Shown here piece after piece: positions 48,801 to 61,947 of a stretch of DNA of 64,000 nucleotides (positions within the stretch are counted from its first letter, which is position 1; each line of letters begins with the position of its first letter). The position numbers were made by a program, and so were the translations under genes. Origin of the DNA: Macrostomum hystrix (taxonomy: Eukaryota; Animalia; Platyhelminthes); assembly GCA_950097015.1 (NCBI GenBank), contig CATNEN010000007.1, positions 496,001-560,000 of the forward strand, given 5' to 3'. Below the pieces are notes generated by a model that ran no database searches, was not told where the DNA came from, and was given only the letters and a program-made list of their open reading frames with translations.

Positions 48801-51800
48801 CGTAGCGAAAATTATCAGAAGCTGTTAGATTTCTTATGTGTTAAGCTCGCTTTTATAAACATTTTATTGATACCTTGCAACACAACATGAGTTATCTGAG
48901 ACGTGATCACAAAAGTTATGCTATTGAGCATGTTTTATGACATCCTCACAGAACAGCAAAGCCAATACGAATTTCAGACCAGCCAAATCCTCCAGCAGTC
49001 GTCGGCTTGGCAACCAAAGTCTACGAAGGCATCGGCGTGACCTTCTCTGTCAGGTCAGGTGAAGCGAATCCGAGAGTCTCTCACAGCTGCTCCACAGAGC
49101 ACGGCCTGATTGTGAGTCACCATAAATATTTCTGCTGCTACTCAAATACTAACACACTGCATACTAACACACTGCACTGACACTGGTCTTCATGCATTCC
49201 AGGAAGTCGTCAGTGAACCCTCGACCTCTCTTGACTCAGCAACCGAGATGAGTTACAAGCCTGACAGGCGTGACAGCAGAGTGCGCTGCTCAGCCGTGCA
49301 GACCTTCCAGTCGCAGGTCGTGTTCAACTACAGCTTCGAGCACAATGTCAGCGTCAACTGTGAGAAGTTTTCGCCTATCCTGAGATGACCTTCGTGGTTC
49401 AAAGTGTTTGAAATGTTACACAATACACCCCGGTTAAATAGAGAAAAGTTGAGTTTCCTATCTATCATTTTGCATAACGCATTTATTGAGTCTACTCTGT
49501 GTTGCAGACAAGGCGAACAACACAGTGCTGATCAGCCCTCGTGACTGGTCCGTGGAGGGCCGTGTCACCAACGTCACTCTGGTCTCAGTGGGTGGCAGAC
49601 CCGCTGTGCGACACTCCGGCTGCTGGGTTGGCGACAATGAGCTGTTCAGCTCGAGTGTGAGTGCAGCAATCACTTCGCTACCTAAAGAGAGCACTTGTTT
49701 CACTTTCCTCAAGCAAAGCCCATGAAAACAATGACAGGAAAGAGCTTTGGCCAATGCTGAATCAGAGGGGAGATCCGAGCAGCATCTTTGGCTTAATACA
49801 TCAAGAAGGCACAATGTAAAGACTCTCAAATGCAAATTCACACAGGACGAGAAACTCATTGAGTGGATTGAAAATTATACGTTCAACGTTTTTTGTAAGA
49901 AATTTCATTTTCTGAGGCCAGTGCTTACATTTTGATATCAAATGGCCAATAAGTTTATAGGCCTTCCTAAAATTCTATGTTCAATCTGAAGCAATCGAGT
50001 GGACATATTCGTTTAAGCCCTCTATTTATTGTATTCACTAACTACTAACTTTCAGTAGTTTATGAGATTGCTTGACTTGACTTGACTTGACTCCCTAGTG
50101 ATTCAGTTCTCCCTGCTGTGAAAGGGAACCAGCATCAACTGGGGTAGAAATTCAAGTTGATGTGGCGGCCAGCCCAGTCCACGGACTGAACAGCTGTTCA
50201 GTCAGCCTTTGGAAGCGGCAAACAGCAGCAATAGCTGCTGCTGTCACTGCCTCTGCATCTGCCCCAACTGGGCTAATGTGTCATTACTATTTATAAAAAT
50301 CGTACTGAGCAGTTTAAATAAGTATTTGTTTAAGTTATAGTTTTTTGTAAAGGGCATGCAGGTGCAGCCAATAACAGTAGTAAGACCACGGGGCCTTTTA
50401 TGTACTCACATCTCGCTTCTTTCTGTATCTCCCAAAATATTCGAACAATCGCAATCAAAATCCAGAAAACTGACCAGAATTTCGCGTGAAGTTTTCGTGG
50501 AGCTGTCCTGAAGTAGGCAGTGGGTATTTCAAATACTCCGAGGTCCTTACCCACCGGGAAAATAGCGTGCTCTTTCTACTGTAAATTAAAAACCTGATAA
50601 TAAAAATATTTTAACTAACGTTGAATTCGCGCATTCCAATTCATTTCCAGATGAAGCTGCAGTCGCTTCTATCCGACTGTTCAGTAAGAAAATACGAAGC
50701 GGTTCGTCGACTAAATTTTCGCTTGAATCTTCCCATCAGGGAAATCCACCTGCTCAACATGAGTGCTCTATTTCTGGAAGGAATCTTAGTCTCATCTTGG
50801 TGAGTAGCATTGTGATGATTTCCTGTGTAAGAGTGATTGTACAAGCCTTGACCAATCTTTCAGCCTCCGTCTAAGCCCAATGCCTCATCGAAATGGGAGT
50901 TCACACCATTGGTCAGTGACAATGGGAAGAGCATCAGCTGCCGTGTACTGCAGGTAGCTGGGAATGAAGTCAAGTTCAACTGGTCAGTCAACAGCGAGCC
51001 ACTCGATGTGCTTTGTGAGTTTCAATTTAAATACTTTAATGATTTATCACCGCGCTCACAAGTGACCAAGCCAAAGCCAATTTTCTCGCAGATGCATCAA
51101 ACAGCCTCTGGAATGCGACTCAAGCATTTCTAATGAAGGAAGGCGAGTCCATGTCTGTGCGGATGAGCTCAGTCGATGGCAACCCAAGCACGACTCACCA
51201 GTGCTGGCTGCAGACAGCTGAAAACGGTTCGATAAATTTGACTGCCCCACCGACGGAAAGTGCAAACGCTTCACAGTTGAAACTGAGCAGAACTTTCGGC
51301 ATTAGATTGACGAATCGCATGAATGCTGGTGTGCTGACGTGTCGAGCATCTCAGAAGGGACTCGAAGATCTGGACATTGTATTCAGACAAAACATTACTG
51401 TCTATTGTAAGTTGATTTCATAGCTTCTCATGAGAAAAACCAAAAACTTCCAAAAACTAAAGCCCATGTTCGAATTTTTTATTGGCAAGGTGGAAGAGAA
51501 GATCCGATTGGTCAAAGAAAATAACATTTTCTGGTTCGACTGATTGTACTTTCATGGAATCAGAATTTGGGTTTTCTCTGCTCCAAAGATGTGCAGCGCA
51601 TGAGCGAATTCATCAGGCGACTCGTTCATGTCGTCGACGGAATCGCTCACGGTACTCGTCAGTTCCAGTGTGACGAGAAAATCGCTCGATCAGACGGTCC
51701 TTGACTTCCTGACAGCTTGCATAGCGCGGAAGATTCATGCTGAGCAGCGCCGGGTAGGAAGAGGCAAGGTCCAGGCTGGCGATCTGATGTTGCTTCATCT

Positions 51801-53965
51801 CGCACCGGTCGTTGATGCGCTCCATCTCGCAGCGCTGTCTGGATGTCCTGTTGCGGCTTGTACTTGATGATCATGACCAGCTTGATTGTTTGTTGTTCGG
51901 TTTGCAGTCTCAGCGCCGCCATAATCGTCTGTAGGTCTCGGAGGTTGATGTTTCGGCAGATGTTGTCCAGATCTTCGATCATTTCGTCGGGCGGGTATTC
52001 TGATGCTTCGCTCCGTGCATCGTGTCGGTTTCCTAAATTTTCGGTTGCTGCTGCTGCTGCCAACTTCTGACTGCCTCGCTGGCCACTCTGAATACGCGGT
52101 CTTCTTCTCGATCCGAATCTCGTAAAATTCTAGAACAATTGGTCTGTAGCCGATGTTTTCGAAAGAACGGTTGTCTTGCGTATTGTGTGTAGTCAGATCC
52201 AACCGCTGCTCCACCAATGTTGTACCAGCTGTCCTGCTGAACACTGCGGGATCTGGTAGACTCCAATGTGAAGTCTTAGAATTCGAATGCAGCGTAGTAG
52301 AGCTGCCACCAGGGCGTCAGGTTTCTGCCTTCGGTGAGGTGAAGGATCCTTGGCCCGAAAAGAGTGAAGTCATGAAGTCAAGAGTCGCAAACCGTGCAGA
52401 GTTTCCAGGCGCAGTCAGAGGCTGTCAAAGTCCTGCGTCGCTCGGGCGAGGATGGAAGGCTAAGTTAGTTTCGGGACTTGGTCCGAACAGAGCTTACGAG
52501 CAGCCAGACACGCCGAGACAGATGCAGGGAACTCGAACACTGATAGCACTTGACGTAACGGATTGCTAGAATTTCAAAGACTCACTCAATGATTAGACTA
52601 AGCTAGGACTAATCAAGACGGGATACGAGACTCATGAAGAGGAGTGAGGAAGCGGTGCTTCTTTATAGGCAGGGAGTGCTAAGTTAGAAAGGACGTGATG
52701 GAATCACGAGGTTTCTAAAAATAGCAACTGACGTCAGTGGCGCGCAAACGTCACTCCTACGTAGGCTCTGACTCATAATTGGGACACCAATTATGTTTAC
52801 TGCACTTTTAGAAGACAAAGAGAGGCCAGTCACGCGAGACAAAACACGTGATGGGTGACGTCAGACAGGCACACACAAGAAGGGTGGCAGGGAGAACAGA
52901 GAGACGCCAGCGGGGGACGAAAAGGTGATGACTCATTCCTTGCAGGGGGAGAAAGCACACTCAAAGTGCAGGCGCGGCCAAGGGGGACAGTCAGGCAGAG
53001 AGGGACAGACCAGTCGGCGCCAGAGATAGGCGGGCTGGGCAGTCGCTCAGTGCCAACGAAAGGCACCTAAGCTACCTAAGCAGGTACGGCAACTGACAGC
53101 TAGTGAGACACCAATAGGCCCCTAAGCAGTGGCTCACTACGTTTTGTACACTTGTACGATTTTAATCACTTATAATTTAAGTCCAAATCTCAGAACAGCT
53201 CAAATTCCTTGGCCCGCAGTCGCTTCGAACAACATCAGCTGGTCCGGTGGGCTGCTCAACGGTTCTGTGCTGAATCTCACGGCGAAAACAGCGGAGGGAA
53301 ATCCGAGGCCTGAGTTGGACTGCTCACTCAAGACCAGGTCAGTCGTTATCGAGGGAATCGAGGTGAGTCGGAAAGGACTTTTGGCTATCCGAGTCGTTTT
53401 AAAACTCCCAACTTATGAAGTCCCATTTTTAAAACATGTACTCGTTCATGCACTGATCAGGTGATTATAGAGCCCGATGAGAGAGGCAGCAACGGAGGCT
53501 GGGTTCGGACAGCTCGGCTGTTCCACCGATTCACTGAGCAGCAGTCTGAAGTCACAGTCAGCTGCAAGATCAGCCAAGCTCCGTTCTCACCTGTTGAGAG
53601 CACAAGGACTTTTCCAGCTGAGTTCCCAAGGCCACCGAGCAGTACACTTTGCTCCTTTGCGACCGCCAATGGGAGCTCTCCATCGAGCGGATCGGTGACC
53701 ATGGTTGTCTTCTGCTGCTCGCTGGCTGCAGCTGCCGCGATCTCCGCCGCGATCTCCACCGTGGTCACCTTCGCTGTGCTGAAGCGGATGCGAGCTGCCA
53801 CCAGCCGCCGAAGCGAGCCTGTGGAGATGCCAGTCAGACAGGCGCAGGTCGAGGTCAAGCCGCCTGATCCGAATGTGAGTAGAGGTGCTCATAGCTCTCA
53901 TGTGTTGAATCGTTTGAACAGCATGAATCGAACTGCCATTCCAGACTGTGTACTACGAGGCCTAG
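45859..53965 (+). CDS. Type I membrane receptor, SP-F-type-lectin-like-multiple Ig-TM-short tail ('gene B')
   Basis: In-phase exons 45859-45913 (MDFRLMLTCSCMICIFSG), 46039-46260 (FFHS...QWLLLKL...VRSVTVYGRPE), 46465-46670, 46750-46837 (FVLLR...LLEID), 46969-47135. Further Ig exons include 47838-47990 (approx.), 48978-49111, 49203-49359, 49508-49656, 50864-51014, 51092-51406, 53199-53362, 53461-53874 (TM). The terminal exon 53945-53965 is tentative. Not every internal exon was resolved. Confidence 0.75.
50100..50280 (+). mobile_element. SINE-like family B partial copy next to a (ttgac)n tract
   Basis: ctggggtag, cagtccacggactgaacagc, gcaatagctgctgctgt blocks. Confidence 0.5.
51540..53098 (-). 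mobile_element. Truncated LTR retrotransposon (5' LTR, PBS, decayed gag), antisense in an intron of gene B
   Basis: On the minus strand: LTR 53098-52315 with termini TGTCAG...CTGACG; PBS TGGTGGCAGC (52311-52302, tRNA-Leu-like); frameshifted gag pieces EVKDRLIERFS...DEYRERFRRR and NESPDEFAHAL. Confidence 0.65.
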
Positions 53966-55204
53966 AACTGCGAAGTGATCGACAGCTGCGATCTGGCGCT
54001 GACTCTCTGAGTTGAAAGTGAGTGTCACCTCAATGTGAAAATTGTAAGGAGGAGTGTTTCAAGTACTCATTTAATGGTTCAAAACACTTGTGCCGATTGT
54101 AGACTTGATTTTTATGGTCTGTAAGCGTGCACGTCGTGCGATGCTTTCGGGGGTCGATGACCGGTTAGCCACCCCTACACAACACCCTTGACGTATGCGC
54201 TGCGCCCCCAACTTTAAACTTTGGGGTCTCGCTTTGTGCGTCTGCTTTTGTCTGTGCCTATCATTGCGCTAAATATGGAATTAATGCACTACTTCAAAGC
54301 TGATTTCCTAGACTGAACGGCCCCTTTTCGATACTCCTGAGAAAAATTAACTTTAACTCGTTTAGACTCTACAAGTCACAGCAATAAATCATTAATCAGT
54401 GCTCATTTAACTAATTATTTTCAGTATCAACGATGTCCTGTTAATACGGCTCCTGTATTTCTACGAGTGGTTGTTGCTTTTCAATGTAAAACATGTACAT
54501 GCATGTATCTAAGAAATGCTATTTGAATCACTTCAGTGTATTGCTGTTACCTGCATGTGAAGCATAAATTAAAAATGTATTCGGTTCTTTGCTCGTTTAT
54601 CTTGCGAAGTCCATAAAACAGACTTAGCTCGTACTTTTTACCTGCAGCCTTTGGCTTTATGTGTAACCCAGATTTTCTAAATTACCGGTTCTAATATAAC
54701 GATACTCAATGAAGAAAAAAGTTTAAATCAAAGATGCGAGATAAATGGTAAATAAATTAAAATCGTGCCGCTGTTAGTTCCAGTCATTCCAGTCTTCTTT
54801 TATTACGTCTGCAACAATCGTGCAGAGATTTGTAAACAGGGGCATGTTATCTGGGCATGATGGCGCTAGGAGATAGGAGATAGGACATTTTTGTGTGTGC
54901 TGTTCTCGCTAAGATTGGTGACACTCCAAGACCACTCATCAAGGCAGGCTGTAGTGAGCTGAGTCACGTGATCACTGTGGCTACAGAGAAACAGAGGAAG
55001 ACTGAGAGGCGGGAATCGAAGCGGAAGACCAGCTTCAGCGTGACCTCATCGAGGTGAATGAGCGAGGACTTCGTGATGTGTCGCGTCTTTCAAGAGAAAA
55101 TTCCTGTCTTGGGTAAGCTTCGCACACCGATCGCGCCTCTAGTTTACATATTTACATTCATTGAGCTTTAAATTAAAATGCTCACATCTCCCGATTTTCA
55201 GAGT

Positions 55205-55313
55205 GCGCTGCACTGGGTGACTTTGCATACGCCCCCGCTATACGCCCCCCCGCCGCCTGGGCGCTGGGTGACTTTGCATACGCCCCCGCTATACGCCCCC
55301 CGCCGCCTGGGCG
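55205..55313. repeat. Tandem duplication of a ~54 bp GC-rich unit
   Basis: ctgggtgactttgcatacgcccccgctatacgcccccc(c)gccgcctgggcgc occurs twice. Confidence 0.85.
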
Positions 55314-56267
55314 CAGGGTTTTATTAACATCACTTTTTCGCGGTTTTTTTTCTTTTCGTGTAGTACACGTGACTTGTGGTTGCAGAAAAATATTATTTCG
55401 CCTTTAACATGTCTAGCTGCTCTAAAATTTGGCAATATTGTCTGCATTATTTTCGAAATTTTCTACTAAATTTTCCAACTTTTTTTCACGTATGCGAAAA
55501 TATTTGGAGGAAGATTAATTCGCAGTGTGCTACTATTAGTAGAAACGATAGTATACAGTTTCAGTCATATCCTATAGCTCATTCCTTCCGAAAGACCTGT
55601 ACATGTAGACTGCAATTATATGACTCTGCATGACAACTTAGTGTAATAGCTAGCCAGTATATAAAACATGGTTGCTTCTTAATTTCTGGTTCCTCTACAT
55701 TTTTCATGTGATCCCTATAGCATAGGGACTCAAAATTCGTCGAGATCAATCTGGATTAAGGGAGGTCCCAAAATCGATTCCGTGCCTTCCCTATATTCCC
55801 TAGATTCCCTAGATTAGTAGGGTGAGAGGGAGATCCGTAGGGTGAGGGAGAGCAGTAGGGTGAGAGGAAGTGTGGTAGTGAGATGCAGTAGAGTGAGAAG
55901 AAGTGGGGTAGTGAGATGCAGTAGATTTCGCAGGTAATCCGAGTTGAATTGTATTTACGAATGTTCCCAGGTGTACAGGGAAGTCAGTTCTTAAAAATGG
56001 CATGAGAAGTCAGAAAGAGATCAAAGAAAAGAATTGAGACAGAAAGAATTTAACTTTTTAGTTTCGCATTAGTTGATTTCTCTCGTAGGCACCAGTTAAG
56101 TTTGGCATGCTTAGTCACTCTTTAACTGCGGATATATTTATAGACATATATTTATTTAACGATTTGTATTAGTAAATTAAAAAGTTTGAAACCATGAAAT
56201 GAACTAAGCCTTCATCCCGCATGTGTTCAGTCGGTATACAACATATAAAAATTTAAAGCTCAGTTTA

Positions 56268-57500
56268 ATGACAATCCCAGATCCTCAGTTTGGTGACAAT
56301 CCCAGATCCTCAGTTTGGTGACAATCCCAGATCCTCAGTTTCGTGACAATCCCAGATCCTCAGTTTGGTGACAATCCCAGATCCTCAGTTTGGTGACAAT
56401 CCCAGATCCTCAGTTTCGTGACAATCCCAGATCCTCAGTTTCGTGACAATCCCAGATCCTCAGTTTGGTGACAATCCCAGATCCTCAGTTTGGTGACAAT
56501 CCCAGATCCTCAGTTTCGTGACAATCCCAGATCCTCAGTTTAGTGACAATCCCAGATCCTCAGTTTCGTGACAATCCCAGATCCTCAGTTTCGTGACAAT
56601 CCCAGATCCTCAGTTTCGTGACAATCCCAGATCCTCAGTTTAGTGACAATCCCAGATCCTCAGTTTGGTGACAATCCCAGATCCTCAGTTTGGTGACAAT
56701 CCCAGATCCTCAGTTTCGTGACAATCCCAGATCCTCAGTTTCGTGACAATCCCAGATCCTCAGTTTGGTGACAATCCCAGATCCTCAGTTTCGTGACAAT
56801 CCCAGATCCTCAGTTTCGTGACAATCCCAGATCCTCAGTTTCGTGACAATCCCAGATCCTCAGTTTCGTGACAATCCCAGATCCTCAGTTTCGTGACAAT
56901 CCCAGATCCTCAGTTTCGTGACAATCCCAGATCCTCAGTTTGGTGACAATCCCAGATCCTCAGTTTCGTGACAATCCCAGATCCTCAGTTTCGTGACAAT
57001 CCCAGATCCTCAGTTTGGTGACAATCTCAGATCCTCAGTTTGGTGACAATCCCAGATCCTCAGTTTCGTGACAATCCCAGATCCTCAGTTTGGTGACAAT
57101 CCCAGATCCTCAGTTTGGTGACAATCCCAGATCCTCAGTTTCGTGACAATCCCAGATCCTCAGTTTCGTGACAATCCCAGATCCTCAGTTTCGTGACAAT
57201 CCCAGATCCTCAGTTTCGTGACAATCCCAGATCCTCAGTTTCGTGACAATCCCAGATCCTCAGTTTCGTGACAATCCCAGATCCTCAGTTTCGTGACAAT
57301 CCCAGATCCTCAGTTTCGTGACAATCCCAGATCCTCAGTTTCGTGACAATCCCAGATCCTCAGTTTCGTGACAATCCCAGATCCTCAGTTTCGTGACAAT
57401 CCCAGATCCTCAGTTTCGTGACAATCCCAGATCCTCAGTTTCGTGACAATCCCAGATCCTCAGTTTGGTGACAATCCCAGATCCTCAGTTTGGTGACAAT
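56268..57500. repeat. 25 bp minisatellite (tgacaatcccagatcctcagtttNg), about 49 copies
   Basis: Strict 25 bp period; copies differ almost only at one site (c/g/a). Confidence 0.98.
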
Positions 57501-57554
57501 CAGTCCATGACAACTGAATAACAAAACAACGATTGATATTCATTTTATATTCTC

Positions 57555-57642
57555 ATCCTAGATTCTCATCCTAGATTCTCATCCTAGATTCTCATCCTAG
57601 ATTCTCATCCAAGATTTTTAATCTTAGATTCTCATCCTAGCC
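57555..57642. repeat. 13 bp tandem repeat (ctcatcctagatt)
   Basis: Direct periodicity. Confidence 0.9.
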
Positions 57643-60079
57643 TTGATTCTCCCAAATGTGCCTTATATATAAATACAAAACTCATCAAGCAGCTCACTCA
57701 TAACTTATCTCTTATCTTTCAACTGTCTCGTCTCACCATGGGAAAGATGCGAAACATTGTAAAGACAGAAAGACAAAAACATGTTTTCCGTTTAAAAATG
57801 TACTTTATTTCGGAAGCTAGGCCTTTTGACATTGATAGTTTCCAGTCTTTTTTCAAGTCCTTCTCGTCGTGGCTCGGAGGCATGACGGCAATTTAGGGAA
57901 TTGAATATTAGTCAGCTTCCTTTCTTGATTTGATCGTCAGCGTCTTTTGTTAACCGAGAAGGAGGCCCTTCCCTGCCGCAGCAGCAAGCATAGCCTATGC
58001 TCTTGAGAACATTTAGGAATTATGAAGTGGTGTTGATTACCCCAGACACATTTTAAATAATTTCCTTTGTTTATTAGGGCCAAGTGATATCACTTGTTTA
58101 TTTAATTATGCTTGCTGCTGAAGAACCAAGTTGAAGCCACTATCGCATGTAAAATATTGGTTTAAAAAGAATGTAGAAAAGAACAGTGCAGGTACGTGCT
58201 AGATGTGCGGGCATGTGGAAAGCAATTTTTTGTGTTTTTTGTCTATTTTTCAGTTTTAATGACGCGGAAGGACATTTTATGCACATGACACAATTGTATG
58301 AACAGGATAAATTGTATGTCTCATATATACAGCTTATCCACGACAAATGACATAGATCCTGGCAGTAGATTTTTTGTGCTTCCTGTACGATTTTAAGATG
58401 CGATGATGCCAAAAGAAATTGTATATACATACACACAGTTCTATGAACGGGATAAATTTTGTATGTCCAGTAACATGTATGTCTATGAAAAATAAAATAA
58501 GATCCTGACTAGCTGACTTGGCAAATAACAGCTACATGGTCACTTGTCTTATCTGCTTCGAATTTCCATAGAATAGTGGATTTTAAGTTGCAACCTTGCC
58601 CCACCGCAGAGGCAAGTCAAGTCAAAGTTATGCTGTATGTATTTCAAGGGTAAACAAAGAAACCTATTTCTTATTGCACACCAGACACAACGCCCTTCAG
58701 CTTATCTCCGTCTGTTGTGGTCCCTGGTCCGCTCGTCTGGGTTGCAAGCGAATTTGGGAAGCAAAAAATCGGCGGCCCTTTTGTTAACATAGGTGGGTGG
58801 ATTCTGCCTACGTAGGGCTCAAGTTCTCACACTATTTGCTCCTTATCTCTCCGAAATGTCTCTCCTTTCGTACCCCACAACGGAAGCTCATAAACAACAT
58901 GATCTGAGGACCTACCGCATGTTCTCAACTAGTTAACTCCTCACGTAGATAAGGGCGCGAGCCTGTCCTGAACTATTTGCAAAGTTTCCTGTTTGCTATG
59001 TTGAATATGAAGTGACATAATGAAGAAGTCAATTTTGGGCAGGTCCAACAGTGGTGACTTGATGACCGCTCCTGTGGCGTCTTTTTTCTGATTGTCCTCT
59101 AATAGGGATCGGTACGCTTCCCCACATCTATTCTGGCCAGCAGTTGGGGAAAACGTCACTCTGCCTTCAGCACGCAAGCCCACGTCGAATTCTACCCTAC
59201 TAAAATATTCTTCCGTCTCCATGTCCACATCGCCTTGACTTGCCGACTGCCCTCCAACCTGGACACTGCTGGGCTCCTCAGCTTCTTCTCTAAACATGGC
59301 CAACAAACTCTTGTTTGTCAGTCTCCTAACATTCCTAGACCTAGAGGACATGCTGCAAATGTTTACTGAAATAACTCTAGACTGGTGGTATTTAGAACGA
59401 AACGTAAACAGTCAGAGCTCCACGCTCCTGAGAACAGCGATATATATTTTATGCGACGGCACGTTGGGTGTAAGGATTAGGGGGTGATAAAATAGAGCGA
59501 ACAATGATTTGAAAGTCAGCCAGTTAACCAAACGGCTGCCAGCGCGGTGTACTCAGCGTACGCGCGCTGGCTGCACATGGCTGCACCGCACAATGAAATG
59601 ATATTCAGCCAGTTAACAGACAGCTGCCAGCGCGGTGTACTCAGCGTATACGCGCTGGCTGCAAGTCACTACATAACATTTACTACTGTCTGTACCGTCT
59701 TTACTCTCCGTATTAGTCTTAGTCGCAGACTCAGTCTTAGTTTTAGTCGTACTCTTAGTCTTGCAACGCACTTTCAATAGCTACAATACAAAGATTCCCC
59801 CAAAACAAACTGACTCCACTGTCCATAGTCGGCGCGAATGGCACAATCGGTAGCTAGCGGTTAGTGGGTTAGAGGATTTTCATAACTAACCAATGAGCGT
59901 GCGACGAGCCTTCCCACTGTCTAGGCCGTGCAGTTTGATCTGACATAGTAAAGCTTTAGCTTATCTTTACGCTCCTCTAACCTCCTGTCGTTCTCAAATT
60001 TCCAAAATTTTGAAGCATTTTTTGCAGACATGAAGTTTTTAGTCGTATTCGAAGCCGACAGGCAGGTTATCGAAGCTAG

Positions 60080-61947
60080 GTGTTGTGACGCAGCCCTCAC
60101 CTCTGCCCTATCATTTTCATCTCTTTCTCATTCCCTGCCCCGCCAGTCGGCTAGCGTGCCCCCACCCCAGTTCATATGTATCGATCGCCCAGCCTACCCC
60201 TAATTGTTGAATGTACATCTCACCCGCCTTGCGCGCTCTCGTACCCCACCCCCTGTTTGTTTTGTCGCTAAAGCCCGGAGTTCTGTGGTGCCAACCTAGC
60301 TATATAGTTGTGCCCAGTTAATTAGACCCTGCTAACCTCGTCTGCCCACCTGTTACGAGACTGTCTATCTTAGTGCAAATAAAACCGACCGTCTACTAAC
60401 TGTTGCATCAGCCGAGATACTGTGAGTCTGTTGTTGTTTCTCTCTGTCATTCCTCCGGACGCGGGTCGAGCGGCGCTTTTCTGGGGACCTGGGGAGTCGC
60501 AGCTTACCCAACCTAGCTGTAGGCCTACCTGCACATGTAGGTGAACCACAACAACTGGTGCCGTCACCAGGATTTCAGTTAGTGTCGCCCCGTGTCGAGA
60601 TTCTGTCTTCGTCTAGTCCGTTTAGTACATTAGCTCTATTTGTTACTTAGAAGTACGTTATCATGGCTTTAGACAATCTGATCGATGCCCTGACGGCAAG
60701 GATCCAGGAGCAGCTGCATGTTGCCCAGCGTGTTCCTCGTCCTAACAAGTATGTCCCAACTCAGGACTTTGCCCTGTGGAGGCAGCAATTTGACACTTAT
60801 TGTGAGGCCGCCCGGATCCCCGAGGATCAGCGGAAGCAAAACTTGCTCGGTTTCTTGACTTTGGCACGGCATTCAAGGCAGTGGCCAACCTCGAGCTACA
60901 TGAAGATTTAGTACGATGTACGAAGTACGATGACTTCGTTGCTCAGCTCGAGGCTCGCTTTACTCAGAATCGCACAGCTCAGGACTACAAGACAGAGTTT
61001 CAGGGCAGGAATCAGGGAGATGGGGAAGCTCTGGAGGATTACGCTGACGCTCTCAGAGAGCTCATGCGCAAGTCCTATCCAACCCTACCCGTCGAACAGA
61101 GAGATGAGCTGGCGAAGGACCGATTTTTGAAGGGCATCCGGGTTCCAGAGAGGGTGATTGAAAATGTCTTGCTGCAGGACCCCGGCACGCTGCAGGCTGC
61201 TGTCCAGCGTGTGCGCCAGACCCTGGCTTCAATGAAACTGCTGGACGGAAAGCGCTCTGTACACGTTGTGAACAGTCAGGCAGACAGCCAAGTAGCTCGC
61301 ATGGCTGCTGAGATTGCTGGCTTGAAGGAGGAGCTTGCGCAGCTGAAGCGGGGAGGGGCATTGGCCCAAACAGTCGGACCCGCCGCCGAGACAAGCCGCA
61401 GCTGCTCGCGCCGACAGGTCGTGCGGTCGGTGCCTTCAGTCGGGACACTCGACTGCGGAATGCAGAAACTCGGTGGTTTGCCTCGCTTGCGGTCAGTCAG
61501 GTCACACTCGTGCCCGGTGCCAGGGTCGTCAGGCTGGACCGGCGCAGGGAAACGGGATGAGGGCCCGGCCGGGACAGCGTCCCGGGCCCTACAGACAGTA
61601 ACTGGAGAAGCACCAGGGCCCGCAACCCAGACCCACAATGTTCTCGGTCGAAGTGGGTTGGGCTACATTGATGCAAAACTTGAATCAGGGCCCTTGGTTG
61701 CTTGCTTGCTTGATAGTGGTTCTTCCGTGTCTCTACTAAATACTCGTTTCTTAGAATCGATGAAAGCCAAGAGTCACATTCAACAAAGCATTCTTGATTT
61801 TACCATTTCTACTGCTAATGGTGAGCCTATTTCTATTCACGGCCATGTAGTCCTAAAATTCCCCAGGCGCTTTTCTGGGGACCTGGGGAGTCGCAGCTTA
61901 CCCAACCTAGCTGTAGGCCTACCTGCACATGTAGGTGAACCACAACA
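60080..61947 (+). mobile_element. Internally deleted Gypsy-type LTR retrotransposon
   Basis: 5' LTR 60080-60553 (TGTTGTG...CACAACA); PBS tggtgccgtcacc at 60556 (tRNA-His-like); gag from 60663 with frameshifts; two CCHC knuckles in an alternate frame (CGRCLQSGHSTAEC, CLACGQSGHTRARC); gggaaac slippery site; protease LLDSGS; then 82 bp identical to the LTR 3' end (61866-61947). Confidence 0.9.

Noticed and set aside
55205-55330. Helitron 3' end
   Set aside because: A hairpin is possible, but there is no CTRR terminus after it and no matching 5' TC end.
56268-57500. CRISPR-like array (also considered for 4241-5725 and 11010-11722)
   Set aside because: Head-to-tail repeats with no unique spacers, no cas genes, and a eukaryotic context.
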